Positions 8,950-18,104 of a DNA stretch of 64,000 nucleotides are shown here, in pieces. Both the position numbers and the translations under genes were made by a program. The notes below the pieces were generated by a model. It worked only from the letters and a program-made list of their open reading frames with translations, was not told where the DNA came from and did not search any database. This DNA comes from a virus. Numbering within the stretch: the stretch's first letter is position 1; each line of letters begins with the position of its first letter. Location: UHGV virus genome UHGV-1353844; one strand, 5' to 3'.

Positions 8950-9834
8950 TTACTCGTTTGCTTTGATCGTCGCTTTCACCCAGGCTAACAACCCATCCGC
9001 TACTCGGTCGAGTGCAGTGGTCACCGCGTCTTCCAACTTAATAACGTTTTTGTAAGCGCGTTTAACCTCGGAGATTTCATCCCGATCGACTTTGTACATT
9101 TTATCTTTAATCTTTTCAGCTTCTTGGTAAATACCGCTGTAGCCAAAAAGTCCGTTTTTCGCGTTGCGGGATTCCATGATGTCTGCAATCTTACGCACCG
9201 CTTTTAATGCCTGGTGACATTCACGCTCGGTGAGTGCGGCAATAGTGTCTTTATACATCCCGCCGTTACCGATACCGAACGTAGTCTTACTTTTACCCAG
9301 TTCACCCTGCGTAACGACGTAGACGTTTCCTGCTAACGGATACGCAGTAACTTCCGTGCCCATCAAATTAGGGATATACCCCATCGCACGATGAATCGCT
9401 GAACTACTGGAGTAGCTCAATTCTTTTAACATCCCGTCTTCAACTTTACGGTGAACTTCTTTAGGACCGATAGCCATCGGGTTAGTCACAACCAGGAATT
9501 TCTTCGCAGCCGCCTCGAACCCGTTTACGGAATCGACTAACTTAAGACATTCTTTTAAATCAGGGACGTCTTCGTAACACACACGCGCACACCAGGTGCC
9601 CGCAGGAACCACTTTGGCAGAAAACGTTTTGACGTCTTTCAACCGATCTTCTAATCGGTCAGCGTCTTCTTTCATCGTTTTCATTTTGCCGGTGACGACA
9701 CGCTTAGCATCGTGTAATCGGTTGTTCACTAAACCGATAATTTCCAAATAGACCTGGTGGCCATACGAGGCAGAAGAGTCGGTGCGATCGCGAGACTCCT
9801 GTCCCACCTGTTGGCCAATCCAACTACGACGCAT
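8950..9834 (-). CDS. hypothetical protein, tandem paralog B (294 aa)
   Basis: ORF track; AAAGGA RBS; shares AYPLAGNVYVV / YSGIYQEA / KLEDAVTT and a Cys pattern with paralog A. Confidence 0.6.
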   Translation of the reverse strand: MRRSWIGQQVGQESRDRTDSSASYGHQVYLEIIGLVNNRLHDAKRVVTGKMKTMKEDADRLEDRLKDVKTFSAKVVPAGTWCARVCYEDVPDLKECLKLVDSVNGFEAAAKKFLVVTNPMAIGPKEVHRKVEDGMLKELSYSSSSAIHRAMGYIPNLMGTEVTAYPLAGNVYVVTQGELGKSKTTFGIGNGGMYKDTIAALTERECHQALKAVRKIADIMESRNAKNGLFGYSGIYQEAEKIKDKMYKVDRDEISEVKRAYKNVIKLEDAVTTALDRVADGLLAWVKATIKANE

Positions 9835-9870
9835 ATCAAGATTTCCTTTGTAAAACGGTTAAAGTCAAGT

Positions 9871-10425
9871 TCATAATAAACGAAGACTTTCCAACCACTT
9901 ATCCCGATCGGCGGTATGATAATAACAAGGAACATCGATTGACTTCGCGTATTTTACACCCATTGCGGTGCCACCTTTTGCGTTCCCGTGTTTGTCGTGG
10001 TCGCTAAAGTAATATACTGCGTCTACCGGTTCGTCTAAGCGGTCACCTGCGATGATGTTCAGATTACGACCGTGTAACGCCCAGGCAATCGGTGAGAGAT
10101 TATCTGGGTTTGGGTGGAGTGAAGCAACAACTGCTCGGTACTGCACGTCTTGTGGGATATAACGAAACTCTACCTTAGGGTGTATTTTCCCTAACCACAT
10201 TTTCTTTTCATCCGGCAGGTAACAAACGCTCTTAACGTCCTCGGTGCGTGCTAACATGAACTGAAGTTGGTCTGGGCCTTTATAACACCCTCCAGAACGG
10301 GTGGTAATCGTGTAGCCTTTCTTTCGTAAGATTCGAAACCCTTCCCGTAACGTGTCTAACATTTCCTGCATAACGTCTTCCGGTGTTTCTCGAGACCCGA
10401 TGATCGCGATTTTGTATTCTTTCAT
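9871..10425 (-). CDS. Rossmann-fold protein, DprA/SLOG-like (GSR motif)
   Basis: N-terminal IAIIGSR...TTRSGG and C-terminal GGTAMG motifs; start moved to M5 with strong GGAGGTGA RBS. Confidence 0.5.
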   Translation of the reverse strand: MKEYKIAIIGSRETPEDVMQEMLDTLREGFRILRKKGYTITTRSGGCYKGPDQLQFMLARTEDVKSVCYLPDEKKMWLGKIHPKVEFRYIPQDVQYRAVVASLHPNPDNLSPIAWALHGRNLNIIAGDRLDEPVDAVYYFSDHDKHGNAKGGTAMGVKYAKSIDVPCYYHTADRDKWLESLRLL

Positions 10426-10467
10426 GGTCACCTCCATAAAGACCGTCGATAATGAAAAAAAAGAAAA

Positions 10468-10495
10468 GTAGAGAGAGCCCGAAAGCTCTCTCTAC
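10468..10495 (-). terminator. intrinsic terminator
   Basis: GTAGAGAGAGC-ccgaaa-GCTCTCTCTAC preceded by A-run. Confidence 0.6.
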
Positions 10496-10507
10496 CCACC
10501 GTTACTA

Positions 10508-11170
10508 TTACATCTCCAGGCCGCTTAAGACGACTGTCTCAACCAACGCCTGGCCCATCCACACTTCTAACTCACCGTCCAAATCCGCCAATGGTTTCTT
10601 GTTCAGTTCGTTATTGTAATTAAGACCGTCTAATGTCGTGTCGTTAATCACCTGCCCTAAGTGTAGAGGTAAGATGAATCGGTTTCTCGCACTATAAATA
10701 AAAGAGTCGCACTCGTAAACAACCACATAGCGTTCGATAGACTCGTCAAACTCAACGTGACACTGTGAACCGGTGTCCCAAGCGCGCGACAACACCATAC
10801 CTCGGTCTTGGCACATTTTCTCTACGGCGACTTTAGCGGAAGCTGCCCACGTATCGTAGTTCTTAGGTTGACCGTTTTCGAAATCAAACCAATCCAGATA
10901 CTTGGCAGGAATCTCAAGGAAGTCGTTCAGTTGAAGCTTTGTGTAGGTAATCAGTACCGCATCGTTTATGTCGTTACGGTTCGTTAACTTTACCTTATAG
11001 CGCCCTTCAGGTGTTGGGGCACCGACAAGCGTAACGTCTACCTTTTCAGCCGAAAGCTTTTTCCGTACACTGTCGCTGTTACAATAACTAACGAGATTAA
11101 GTAAGTTCTGTCTGTGGCCAACGTCGAAATCAATTACAAAAGACATACGAACTCCGTGGGGGCTAATCAC
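10508..11170 (-). CDS. hypothetical protein (220 aa)
   Basis: ORF track; terminator hairpin 10468-10495 downstream. Confidence 0.55.
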   Translation of the reverse strand: MISPHGVRMSFVIDFDVGHRQNLLNLVSYCNSDSVRKKLSAEKVDVTLVGAPTPEGRYKVKLTNRNDINDAVLITYTKLQLNDFLEIPAKYLDWFDFENGQPKNYDTWAASAKVAVEKMCQDRGMVLSRAWDTGSQCHVEFDESIERYVVVYECDSFIYSARNRFILPLHLGQVINDTTLDGLNYNNELNKKPLADLDGELEVWMGQALVETVVLSGLEM

Positions 11171-11559
11171 TAATACCCGTATAACGGATAACGTGCTGTG
11201 ATTTCATCACCCGCATAAAAGGTTAAACGTTGTATATTAATGTTTTTATTCGTATAAGGTACGGTTTCTAACGTCACCTTAACCATTGCAGAGCAGCTAC
11301 CCGGATCAACAAACTGATAAGTTCGACGTTTGATGTTCACCAGATAAAATCCACCCGCAGGGCATAAGTCCGTTTTGCCGTAATTCACCACCGCAAACTC
11401 ATCGTTTTGAACCACAGTGACGGGTTGGTCATCTGCTTTAAACACAACCGGTTTATCGCCAGGGACAGCGGGTTCGTAACGACTGATATCGTAAGGTTTA
11501 AAATCCGCTAATACAGAAAACGAAAGTAACATTAGAAATGGGGTAATAAAACGTTTCAT
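11170..11559 (-). CDS. predicted secreted protein (129 aa, N-terminal signal peptide)
   Basis: N-terminus MKRFITPFLMLLSFSVLA|DF looks like a signal peptidase I signal; two Cys in mature part. Confidence 0.6.
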   Translation of the reverse strand: MKRFITPFLMLLSFSVLADFKPYDISRYEPAVPGDKPVVFKADDQPVTVVQNDEFAVVNYGKTDLCPAGGFYLVNIKRRTYQFVDPGSCSAMVKVTLETVPYTNKNINIQRLTFYAGDEITARYPLYGY

Positions 11560-12035
11560 CAGTTTACCTCATCGAGATAAACACGAAGCCAAGGCATTGA
11601 CTCTAAACGTGGCATCATATTCCGTGTGTTCGGAGACCAACGCAATGACTCGTGGTATTTCTTTTTGAAACGTTCCCAGTGATACGAGAACGGTTTGGGT
11701 TGAAAACCACGCTCTTTAAGCACTTCTTCCCAAACCAGGTCTTTAATGAAATCGTCAACTAACATTAACACCAGCACTTTCCATTTACTCCGGCGGTAGT
11801 GTCGTTGAAAACACTTACGGAGTTCTGAAAAGTCTTCTCGTTTACTGGAACGTACTACTGGGACAGCTTTCTCTTTATATTGCGAACAATGGCTGTGTTG
11901 TACGATCTTAACCGGAACGCCCCGAACCTTACCAGCATGAATATCCAGTTCGTGTTCGGGAACGATTTCAACACAACGTAATGCTTTTGCTCGATTGTCT
12001 TCTAAGCACCGCGTCTCATATTCGACACGTATCAT
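11559..12035 (-). CDS. hypothetical protein (158 aa)
   Basis: ORF track; stop overlaps next start (ATGA). Confidence 0.55.
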   Translation of the reverse strand: MIRVEYETRCLEDNRAKALRCVEIVPEHELDIHAGKVRGVPVKIVQHSHCSQYKEKAVPVVRSSKREDFSELRKCFQRHYRRSKWKVLVLMLVDDFIKDLVWEEVLKERGFQPKPFSYHWERFKKKYHESLRWSPNTRNMMPRLESMPWLRVYLDEVN

Positions 12036-12051
12036 TTTAGACTCTCAACGG

Positions 12052-12528
12052 TTAATAAATTTTATCCGCAACAGAGAGAAAGATGGGCGTGTTTTCGATA
12101 AAATCCACCAAATATCCTTCTTCCGGCGGGGCGTATGACGAAACAACGTTACCGTTCGTCATACGAAAATACCGACGAGAGTCGCTGGCGATATACCAAC
12201 GGTCAATCTGGTAGCCTTTTTTCGAAAAGAAACACAGGCCGTCAATGTTCGAAGGGTGGACACGACACGTCACCATTTGACGATCGGAATTCAGTTGAAC
12301 GTACTGCAATAAGAACGAACCCACACCGAAACGTCGAGAACCTTCTGCTACCACCAGATAGATAAGATTGCCCGGTTCCCAAATCGCGATACCGTGCGTA
12401 ATGTCGTCTTCTATCGCTAACGTAATACGAACAGGTGTTTCGCGTATCGAGTTTAAGTCCTTGATGTATTCGCGTAATTGTGGAAATTTAGCGGAGATTT
12501 TGTCTTCAGTAATATCTAACTGCTGCAT
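12052..12528 (-). CDS. GNAT-like acetyltransferase-fold protein (158 aa)
   Basis: Weak GNAT signature VVAEGSRRFGVGSFLLQYV; start overlaps upstream stop at 12528. Confidence 0.45.
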   Translation of the reverse strand: MQQLDITEDKISAKFPQLREYIKDLNSIRETPVRITLAIEDDITHGIAIWEPGNLIYLVVAEGSRRFGVGSFLLQYVQLNSDRQMVTCRVHPSNIDGLCFFSKKGYQIDRWYIASDSRRYFRMTNGNVVSSYAPPEEGYLVDFIENTPIFLSVADKIY

Positions 12529-13181
12529 TATTGTTCCCCAATTGACATAACGTTATTAACGAATTCAGCCCACGTAGTGTTCTCGCCGGAAGTAAATAAA
12601 CTGCTAAGCGGAACATTTCGGTGTTTTGGAATAACCGCATCGAGTTTATTTACTGGAACTTCGCTCCATAGCGCCCAGCCGTACAACCCCTCCACCGTTT
12701 TTCTCTCACCACGCAATACTGGTACCCACCAAGCAAACTGTACGAATCTTTTACCGCGACAAATTTTGAGGGTGGTGGTAAAACCGTGGTCTAACATCCG
12801 TACGTCATCAAATTTACAGTTAATTGAGAAAAGGCCGTAGCGGGTGAGTAATTTTCTTATCTGAAACGTCAGCTCAATCTGATAACTCTTCAGTTTATCG
12901 ACGTCCACATAAACCCGACCTTTCCCAACCCCGATTCCTTTCTGTTCTAAATACTCTGCGATTAACGCAGACGTACTCCCTTCTACACCAGGGCAATCTA
13001 ATCCGCCAGATAAAGGTACTGCATTATAATAACGATGCAGCGTCTCCTGGAAAGCCGTCAGCACAAATTCCTCGTCTTTAATAAAATCGATGACCTCCCC
13101 ATTAGAGGCGGACAACGGGGCAAGCTTCAATTCCCAGATAGGAATCAGTAGCGTTCTGGTCATTAAACGTAGTGGTTCCAT
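12528..13181 (-). CDS. hypothetical protein (217 aa)
   Basis: ORF track; GGAGA RBS. Confidence 0.55.
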   Translation of the reverse strand: MEPLRLMTRTLLIPIWELKLAPLSASNGEVIDFIKDEEFVLTAFQETLHRYYNAVPLSGGLDCPGVEGSTSALIAEYLEQKGIGVGKGRVYVDVDKLKSYQIELTFQIRKLLTRYGLFSINCKFDDVRMLDHGFTTTLKICRGKRFVQFAWWVPVLRGERKTVEGLYGWALWSEVPVNKLDAVIPKHRNVPLSSLFTSGENTTWAEFVNNVMSIGEQ

Positions 13182-13241
13182 GATAAGTCTCCATGTTCAA
13201 GTCTCACAGTATGATCAAAAATTGTAAAATAAAAAGAAGAA

Positions 13242-13265
13242 AACCTCTACCCGAAGGTAGAGGTT
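13242..13265 (-). terminator. intrinsic terminator (UUCG loop)
   Basis: AACCTCTACC-cgaa-GGTAGAGGTT flanked by A/T runs. Confidence 0.6.
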
Positions 13266-13269
13266 GGTT

Positions 13270-13848
13270 TTATTTCGTTGTCTTTGTTTCCGTCTTCGCG
13301 ACGACCTGACCTGATTTCTCAAGTTTCTTCTCGACAACTTTGGTAGCAATCTCCAACGACTTGTAAGCCAATGTTTTAATCGGCCACGTTGCGAATACTA
13401 CCAGTCCAAACAGCGGAAGTAAGGATACAAACAACACTTCCATGCTGTCTTTTGGAAAGTTCTGATGCGTGTCGTACGCTAAGAAGCCTGTCACGACCAC
13501 AGTGGCGAGTGCAAGCAGAACAATAATGAACTTCTGTGCACCGGCAAGTTTTGGCCACAGCGTCAACATCGTTTCTTTGCTTACTTCGTCACCTAAACTC
13601 TCTACAGCATTTGTGGCTTGCTGCTGAAAGTTTTCCGCCATCTTTCCAATGTTCTCAAGAAGCGTTGGACGTAGCTCCGACAGAATCTTTGTACCTGACC
13701 GCGTTACGTCTACAGAGACGTCGTCACCGAAGTTGTCTTTGAGAATCTTAGACAGTTCTTCGGACTGCTCTTTACTTAACTTTCTGTTTCCTGCTTGGAT
13801 AAGAATGTCAAGAATTGCGGCTGACACGTCTTGTGTTGGTTGCGACAT
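13270..13848 (-). CDS. membrane protein (2 predicted TM helices)
   Basis: Hydrophobic segments FIIVLLALATVVVTGFLAY and VLFVSLLPLFGLVVFATW; terminator 13242-13265 downstream. Confidence 0.6.
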   Translation of the reverse strand: MSQPTQDVSAAILDILIQAGNRKLSKEQSEELSKILKDNFGDDVSVDVTRSGTKILSELRPTLLENIGKMAENFQQQATNAVESLGDEVSKETMLTLWPKLAGAQKFIIVLLALATVVVTGFLAYDTHQNFPKDSMEVLFVSLLPLFGLVVFATWPIKTLAYKSLEIATKVVEKKLEKSGQVVAKTETKTTK

Positions 13849-13850
13849 CG

Positions 13851-14495
13851 CTATTTCCTCCGACGTCTTCTCCGCCGTTTTGCTGCCTTAGCAGACTTTT
13901 GTTTTGGCGGTAGGAGACTATTCAAGTTTAACAGGTTTACCCTGACAAAGATATTCCCCACCGCCACGGCATCGATACTGTGCTCATCCAACGTTGTAAT
14001 ATCAAACAACGCGTGGTCGCGATACAACTTCGTTACGGCACGAAACATATCTGTTTTGTCCGTTCCTTTCGCTTCCACACCGACGAATGATTTTACAATA
14101 ATCGGATTGAACCCGTGTAAGACTTTCTCTGGAAACACGTCCCATAACGCTCGTCTTAACATCAGCTGTAACTCTACGCCAGACTCATACGCGGAGAGTT
14201 TTGCTCGCCGCATAAACGGCGTTTCTGTTGCAACAAACGTCGGACGCGCAATCCGAAGAAACTCACGGTAGCACGCTTCGAGTTTTACTAAGCGATCGTC
14301 GCGTTTACCGACACACTCTGCAAACGCACTTGGATGTGTTGGGTCTAATACGTGCATGGTATCAGCCCACACCACTTCGGCTTGGTCGCTGCCATATTCC
14401 CAATCCAGCACCGCCATCCCGAGATGGCTCGTACCGGGGTCTATCGCCGCGATCCTGACCATTTTATCGGGAAGTCTCGGCTCAGGAATCAACAT
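13851..14495 (-). CDS. RuvC-like Holliday junction resolvase with poly-Arg C-terminal tail
   Basis: RuvC-like motifs IAAIDPGTSHLG, VATETPF, HSIDAVAVG; C-terminus KQKSAKAAKRRRRRRRK; start overlaps upstream stop (TAATG). Confidence 0.7.
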   Translation of the reverse strand: MLIPEPRLPDKMVRIAAIDPGTSHLGMAVLDWEYGSDQAEVVWADTMHVLDPTHPSAFAECVGKRDDRLVKLEACYREFLRIARPTFVATETPFMRRAKLSAYESGVELQLMLRRALWDVFPEKVLHGFNPIIVKSFVGVEAKGTDKTDMFRAVTKLYRDHALFDITTLDEHSIDAVAVGNIFVRVNLLNLNSLLPPKQKSAKAAKRRRRRRRK

Positions 14496-15382
14496 TAATT
14501 CGCTGTCCCTAAGAAGAACGGTGCAGGTTGACCGATACGGATTGTCAGTGACAGTTTATCGTTCGTCTGCGCCAGGTTAGTAAACATCGAAATGTAATAC
14601 AGGGCTTGTACACCGATAGCTTCAGTGTAGCTGAACTTCGAACCTGTGGCAGAGTCACCAGACGTTACCTGGTCTAAACCGGAGCACAGTGCCAGTTCAG
14701 AGATAATCGAACTACGAGGGCTACCGCGCATAATGCTGGTTACGTTCATGTACTCCTGAACGTCGAAGTCCGTCCACGGGATAACCAGGTCTGCACCTGA
14801 CTCCACATAACGGCCATCAGGGATTGCAACGGTACCGTCATCGTCGTAATCGTAATCCGGCAGCACTTTCGGTACCGGGTTCAGTTCAGTATCCGTATAA
14901 ACAAAGTCTTCTACAGTTTCAACACCGTTCTCACGCTTAATGTCGTAGTCGGTGGTTTTTACTGCACGCATGTCAATGCGTTTTAAGTAGTACGCCCAAT
15001 ACTCACGTTTGTTGATGGTTTCCAGAGTACGGAAAGCGTAGTTCTTACGCTGCTCATCAGACAAATCGTTGTCTTTAGTACGCAGGACAAACGGAACGCG
15101 TGAAAACATCCCGGACGCGATAGGTTCTTTAGCTACAGGAACAACATCAGCAACAACATCTGATGTGTCGACCATGTGGCCACGGTTACCAATCGCCATG
15201 TACTGCAAATGGGGACGTGCTTTACCATCCGGCACTGGGGTTTGCATGAGCTTATAAAACTCATTCAGTGTGGACTTCTGTGGGTATTGCACATCGGCAC
15301 CGGTAATTAATGCGGTAGCCAGACGCATCGCATTAAGTGTTACCGTCGAGAGTTTACCGTCGTAAACTTTGACATTAGACAT
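14495..15382 (-). CDS. hypothetical protein (295 aa)
   Basis: ORF track; operon with flanking genes (overlapping start/stop). Confidence 0.55.
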   Translation of the reverse strand: MSNVKVYDGKLSTVTLNAMRLATALITGADVQYPQKSTLNEFYKLMQTPVPDGKARPHLQYMAIGNRGHMVDTSDVVADVVPVAKEPIASGMFSRVPFVLRTKDNDLSDEQRKNYAFRTLETINKREYWAYYLKRIDMRAVKTTDYDIKRENGVETVEDFVYTDTELNPVPKVLPDYDYDDDGTVAIPDGRYVESGADLVIPWTDFDVQEYMNVTSIMRGSPRSSIISELALCSGLDQVTSGDSATGSKFSYTEAIGVQALYYISMFTNLAQTNDKLSLTIRIGQPAPFFLGTAN

Positions 15383-15929
15383 TGATTAATTCTCCAGGGC
15401 GGAACCCGTCCAACGCAAGTTTCGTCACAAGAGACGCCAACGTACGTGGTGTGGGGTCAGTAAATACGACCGGAATCGTTCCTTTAAAAGATAAGTGATT
15501 CGGGACTAAGCGAACATCATAAGAATCGAGTTCCTCACTGATAGGCTCGATCATAATGTCGTCTTGGGTCAAATCAATACCGGTCTGAGCAACGATATAG
15601 TCTGCCAGTTCTTGGCTGCTGGTTACTTCGCCTTTCGGTACTGTAACCGGTTCGTCAGCTAAGAACGTTGCCAGGTCAACACGGGTTAAGATGAATTCCT
15701 GGTTCCCTGTAACACCGTTTTTAAAGTCGGCCGCCACTTTCGATTCCAGTCCGTAACGACGGGCTTCGTCTTTCGTCAGTGGTTGCACACCTTTATCGTT
15801 AAAATCGATGTTGTCAGTGGTATAGGATACCCCGAAAACGTAGTTAATACGATCTACCAGAATTTGTTTCGGAGTTTTCGTTAAGTCGACGCGATATGCC
15901 ATGGTTTTCTCACTTAGGTAGCTGGTCAA
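15375..15929 (-). CDS. hypothetical protein (184 aa)
   Basis: ORF track; overlaps neighbours by 8 and 20 nt. Confidence 0.55.
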   Translation of the reverse strand: MTSYLSEKTMAYRVDLTKTPKQILVDRINYVFGVSYTTDNIDFNDKGVQPLTKDEARRYGLESKVAADFKNGVTGNQEFILTRVDLATFLADEPVTVPKGEVTSSQELADYIVAQTGIDLTQDDIMIEPISEELDSYDVRLVPNHLSFKGTIPVVFTDPTPRTLASLVTKLALDGFRPGELINV

Positions 15930-18093
15930 GCGTGAAGCCGTCCAGATCGTTAATTTTCACCTGTTCGTTTAACGTCCAATCGTCAAGCGAAGATTTCACT
16001 TTAACAACCCCGGTAGTCGGCTCGTTAATATCCACCACAACCTGCTGTGTTACTTTCACTCGGATACCCATGTAAATGTTCATCCTGAGTTTGATGTGCT
16101 GTGGCATCGACAGTTCTTTAATAACAGGCGCTGCCGGTAACACAGTGTCGGTGGACATATACTGGTGACGCGTAACTTGCTGTACGCCTAAGAGGGGTTC
16201 AATAATGGTAATCGACCCCTCCCCACTCATAGGGATATCCCCTAAGATAGGACAGAGCGGGTCCATAACGTCGTAAGAATCTGACCCCATTCGTGCAGCA
16301 AAATGTACGGTGTAGGATGACAACTTCGTCATCAGTCGTACCATTGCACGCTGAATCTCAGACTGTGAAATCGTTGCGCGGGTTTCCAGGTTAGTTGCGG
16401 TGTTAAATGCGTCAATAGCAATGTCTTGCCACGTCTCCGCCGAAACCAACGTATAGTCTAACCCAAACGTTTTAAAGAACTCATCGTAGTTACGATAGTT
16501 CAGTTTTAAATCGCAACGATAATCACGGTAATGGTAGTTAAACAGCATCATACCCGCTGCACGGTCAGGAATCTTCCGACGGTTTTGGCTATAACGCCAA
16601 CGACGTCGTTTCTGGGTAATGATTTCATTAACCGTGTCGTAAAGTTCATCAGCACTAAGAATCGTTCCGACGACTTCTGTGTGCGTATCGGTATAATAGT
16701 TAATCAACGCATCGAAACGGTTTTCCCAGCTCGGGATTAAATGTTGTTCCATTTCATCGAATGAAACCCAGCGTTTGATTAACACCCCGAACACGTTGAA
16801 CACAGGAATCTTTTCTAACGCAACGTCAGAATACCCTTTATACGCCGCGTACAAGAACAGCGCCAATAACTCTTTTGAGCTAAGCTTTAAGGTATCCCCG
16901 TTTGTTGGGTTAAGAATCTCGTGGTAAATGTTGTATTTCCCTTTCGCGACGAGATGTACCCATTCGTTAAAGAGGTTATGCAGATACTCGAAGCGCTCAA
17001 TCGCTTCTGGGTCGACTGCTGTAACTTCAATGAGTTTGGTTTTCAGGTTAGGGTATTGCGTTAAACTTAAACGGGTATCTAAGTCTTCCTGATACTCCGG
17101 TTCGTACGCCGGGTTATTGTACGCTAACGCGACTTCCTTCTGGATGATGTCCGTCGTTGTTACAATGTCAAGGTCTCGACCAGAGTCCTTTTCCGTATAG
17201 TTAAGCGATTGCTGATAACCGATCGGTAACGGCGTTAACGTGGAATCGTCATCATCCTTCGGTTCGTGTATTTGCTGCGCAACATTATACCCAACCGCAG
17301 GCATCCCCCAACCTGTCAGTAGCGCATCAATCTGCCAGTCGAAAATCTCCTCTTTCCCTGAGTTACGTTCCCAGTAACGAATATTCCGATAAAGAATGAA
17401 TTTCTGTTTCTGGGTCAAATACGGCATAAACTCGTGAAGTTCTTGGTGTGATGCTAAGAACTCTGTCACGTAAAACGAATGCGTTTCCGTGGTATGCTGT
17501 AAAGAAGAACGAATATACCCGATGATGCCGGGTAACTGCGGATACAGAATACAGTAGAATGCTAACACGAACGCATCGTTGTGAACTTTCCACCCTTCTG
17601 ACATATAGCGAACGTGAGCTGCCCTTATTCTGTCTTCCAATCTCGACATCAGTGACGTCTCTTGCGACTCCACTAATGAACTGTCGTAATAGAGGATAGA
17701 GCAGTCAGCCACACGGATGGCGTAGTTTATATCCACCGGATTAAACACACCCCGGATATAAATCGCGTAGTCAGGATACGTTCTGATCAGCTCCTCAATG
17801 TACCCGCCGTTCGAACGAAATACGTTTGAGGTCTTTTTATGACGGGACAGGTTGGCTGTCGTTAATTCTATCTGCTCTTGCGTGTCGAGCGACGTTATGT
17901 AAATGGGCTTATCCCATTCGTGACGTTGTCCTGCTAAATGCAGGTAGTATCGCCACGTACTTCGGTTATCGGAAACGAAACCGCCGTTCTCGGTTATTGC
18001 CAGATTCATCTGTTGTGCGATTGATTCTGATTTAATAATCAGTGATTTCGCCAACGCGATGTTCTGTTCACGAAATATGTTAAATCTCTGCAT
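15910..18093 (-). CDS. large hypothetical protein (~727 aa), possible virion protein
   Basis: ORF track; track start is TTG at 18105, first ATG is at 18093; head-to-head with plus gene at 18105. Confidence 0.6.
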   Translation of the reverse strand: MQRFNIFREQNIALAKSLIIKSESIAQQMNLAITENGGFVSDNRSTWRYYLHLAGQRHEWDKPIYITSLDTQEQIELTTANLSRHKKTSNVFRSNGGYIEELIRTYPDYAIYIRGVFNPVDINYAIRVADCSILYYDSSLVESQETSLMSRLEDRIRAAHVRYMSEGWKVHNDAFVLAFYCILYPQLPGIIGYIRSSLQHTTETHSFYVTEFLASHQELHEFMPYLTQKQKFILYRNIRYWERNSGKEEIFDWQIDALLTGWGMPAVGYNVAQQIHEPKDDDDSTLTPLPIGYQQSLNYTEKDSGRDLDIVTTTDIIQKEVALAYNNPAYEPEYQEDLDTRLSLTQYPNLKTKLIEVTAVDPEAIERFEYLHNLFNEWVHLVAKGKYNIYHEILNPTNGDTLKLSSKELLALFLYAAYKGYSDVALEKIPVFNVFGVLIKRWVSFDEMEQHLIPSWENRFDALINYYTDTHTEVVGTILSADELYDTVNEIITQKRRRWRYSQNRRKIPDRAAGMMLFNYHYRDYRCDLKLNYRNYDEFFKTFGLDYTLVSAETWQDIAIDAFNTATNLETRATISQSEIQRAMVRLMTKLSSYTVHFAARMGSDSYDVMDPLCPILGDIPMSGEGSITIIEPLLGVQQVTRHQYMSTDTVLPAAPVIKELSMPQHIKLRMNIYMGIRVKVTQQVVVDINEPTTGVVKVKSSLDDWTLNEQVKINDLDGFTLDQLPK

Positions 18094-18104
18094 CGGAGAC
18101 CCCA

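Noticed and set aside
9729-9935. 68-aa track ORF spanning an intergenic gap
   Set aside because: It overlaps two better-supported genes and their RBS region in another frame and has no RBS of its own.
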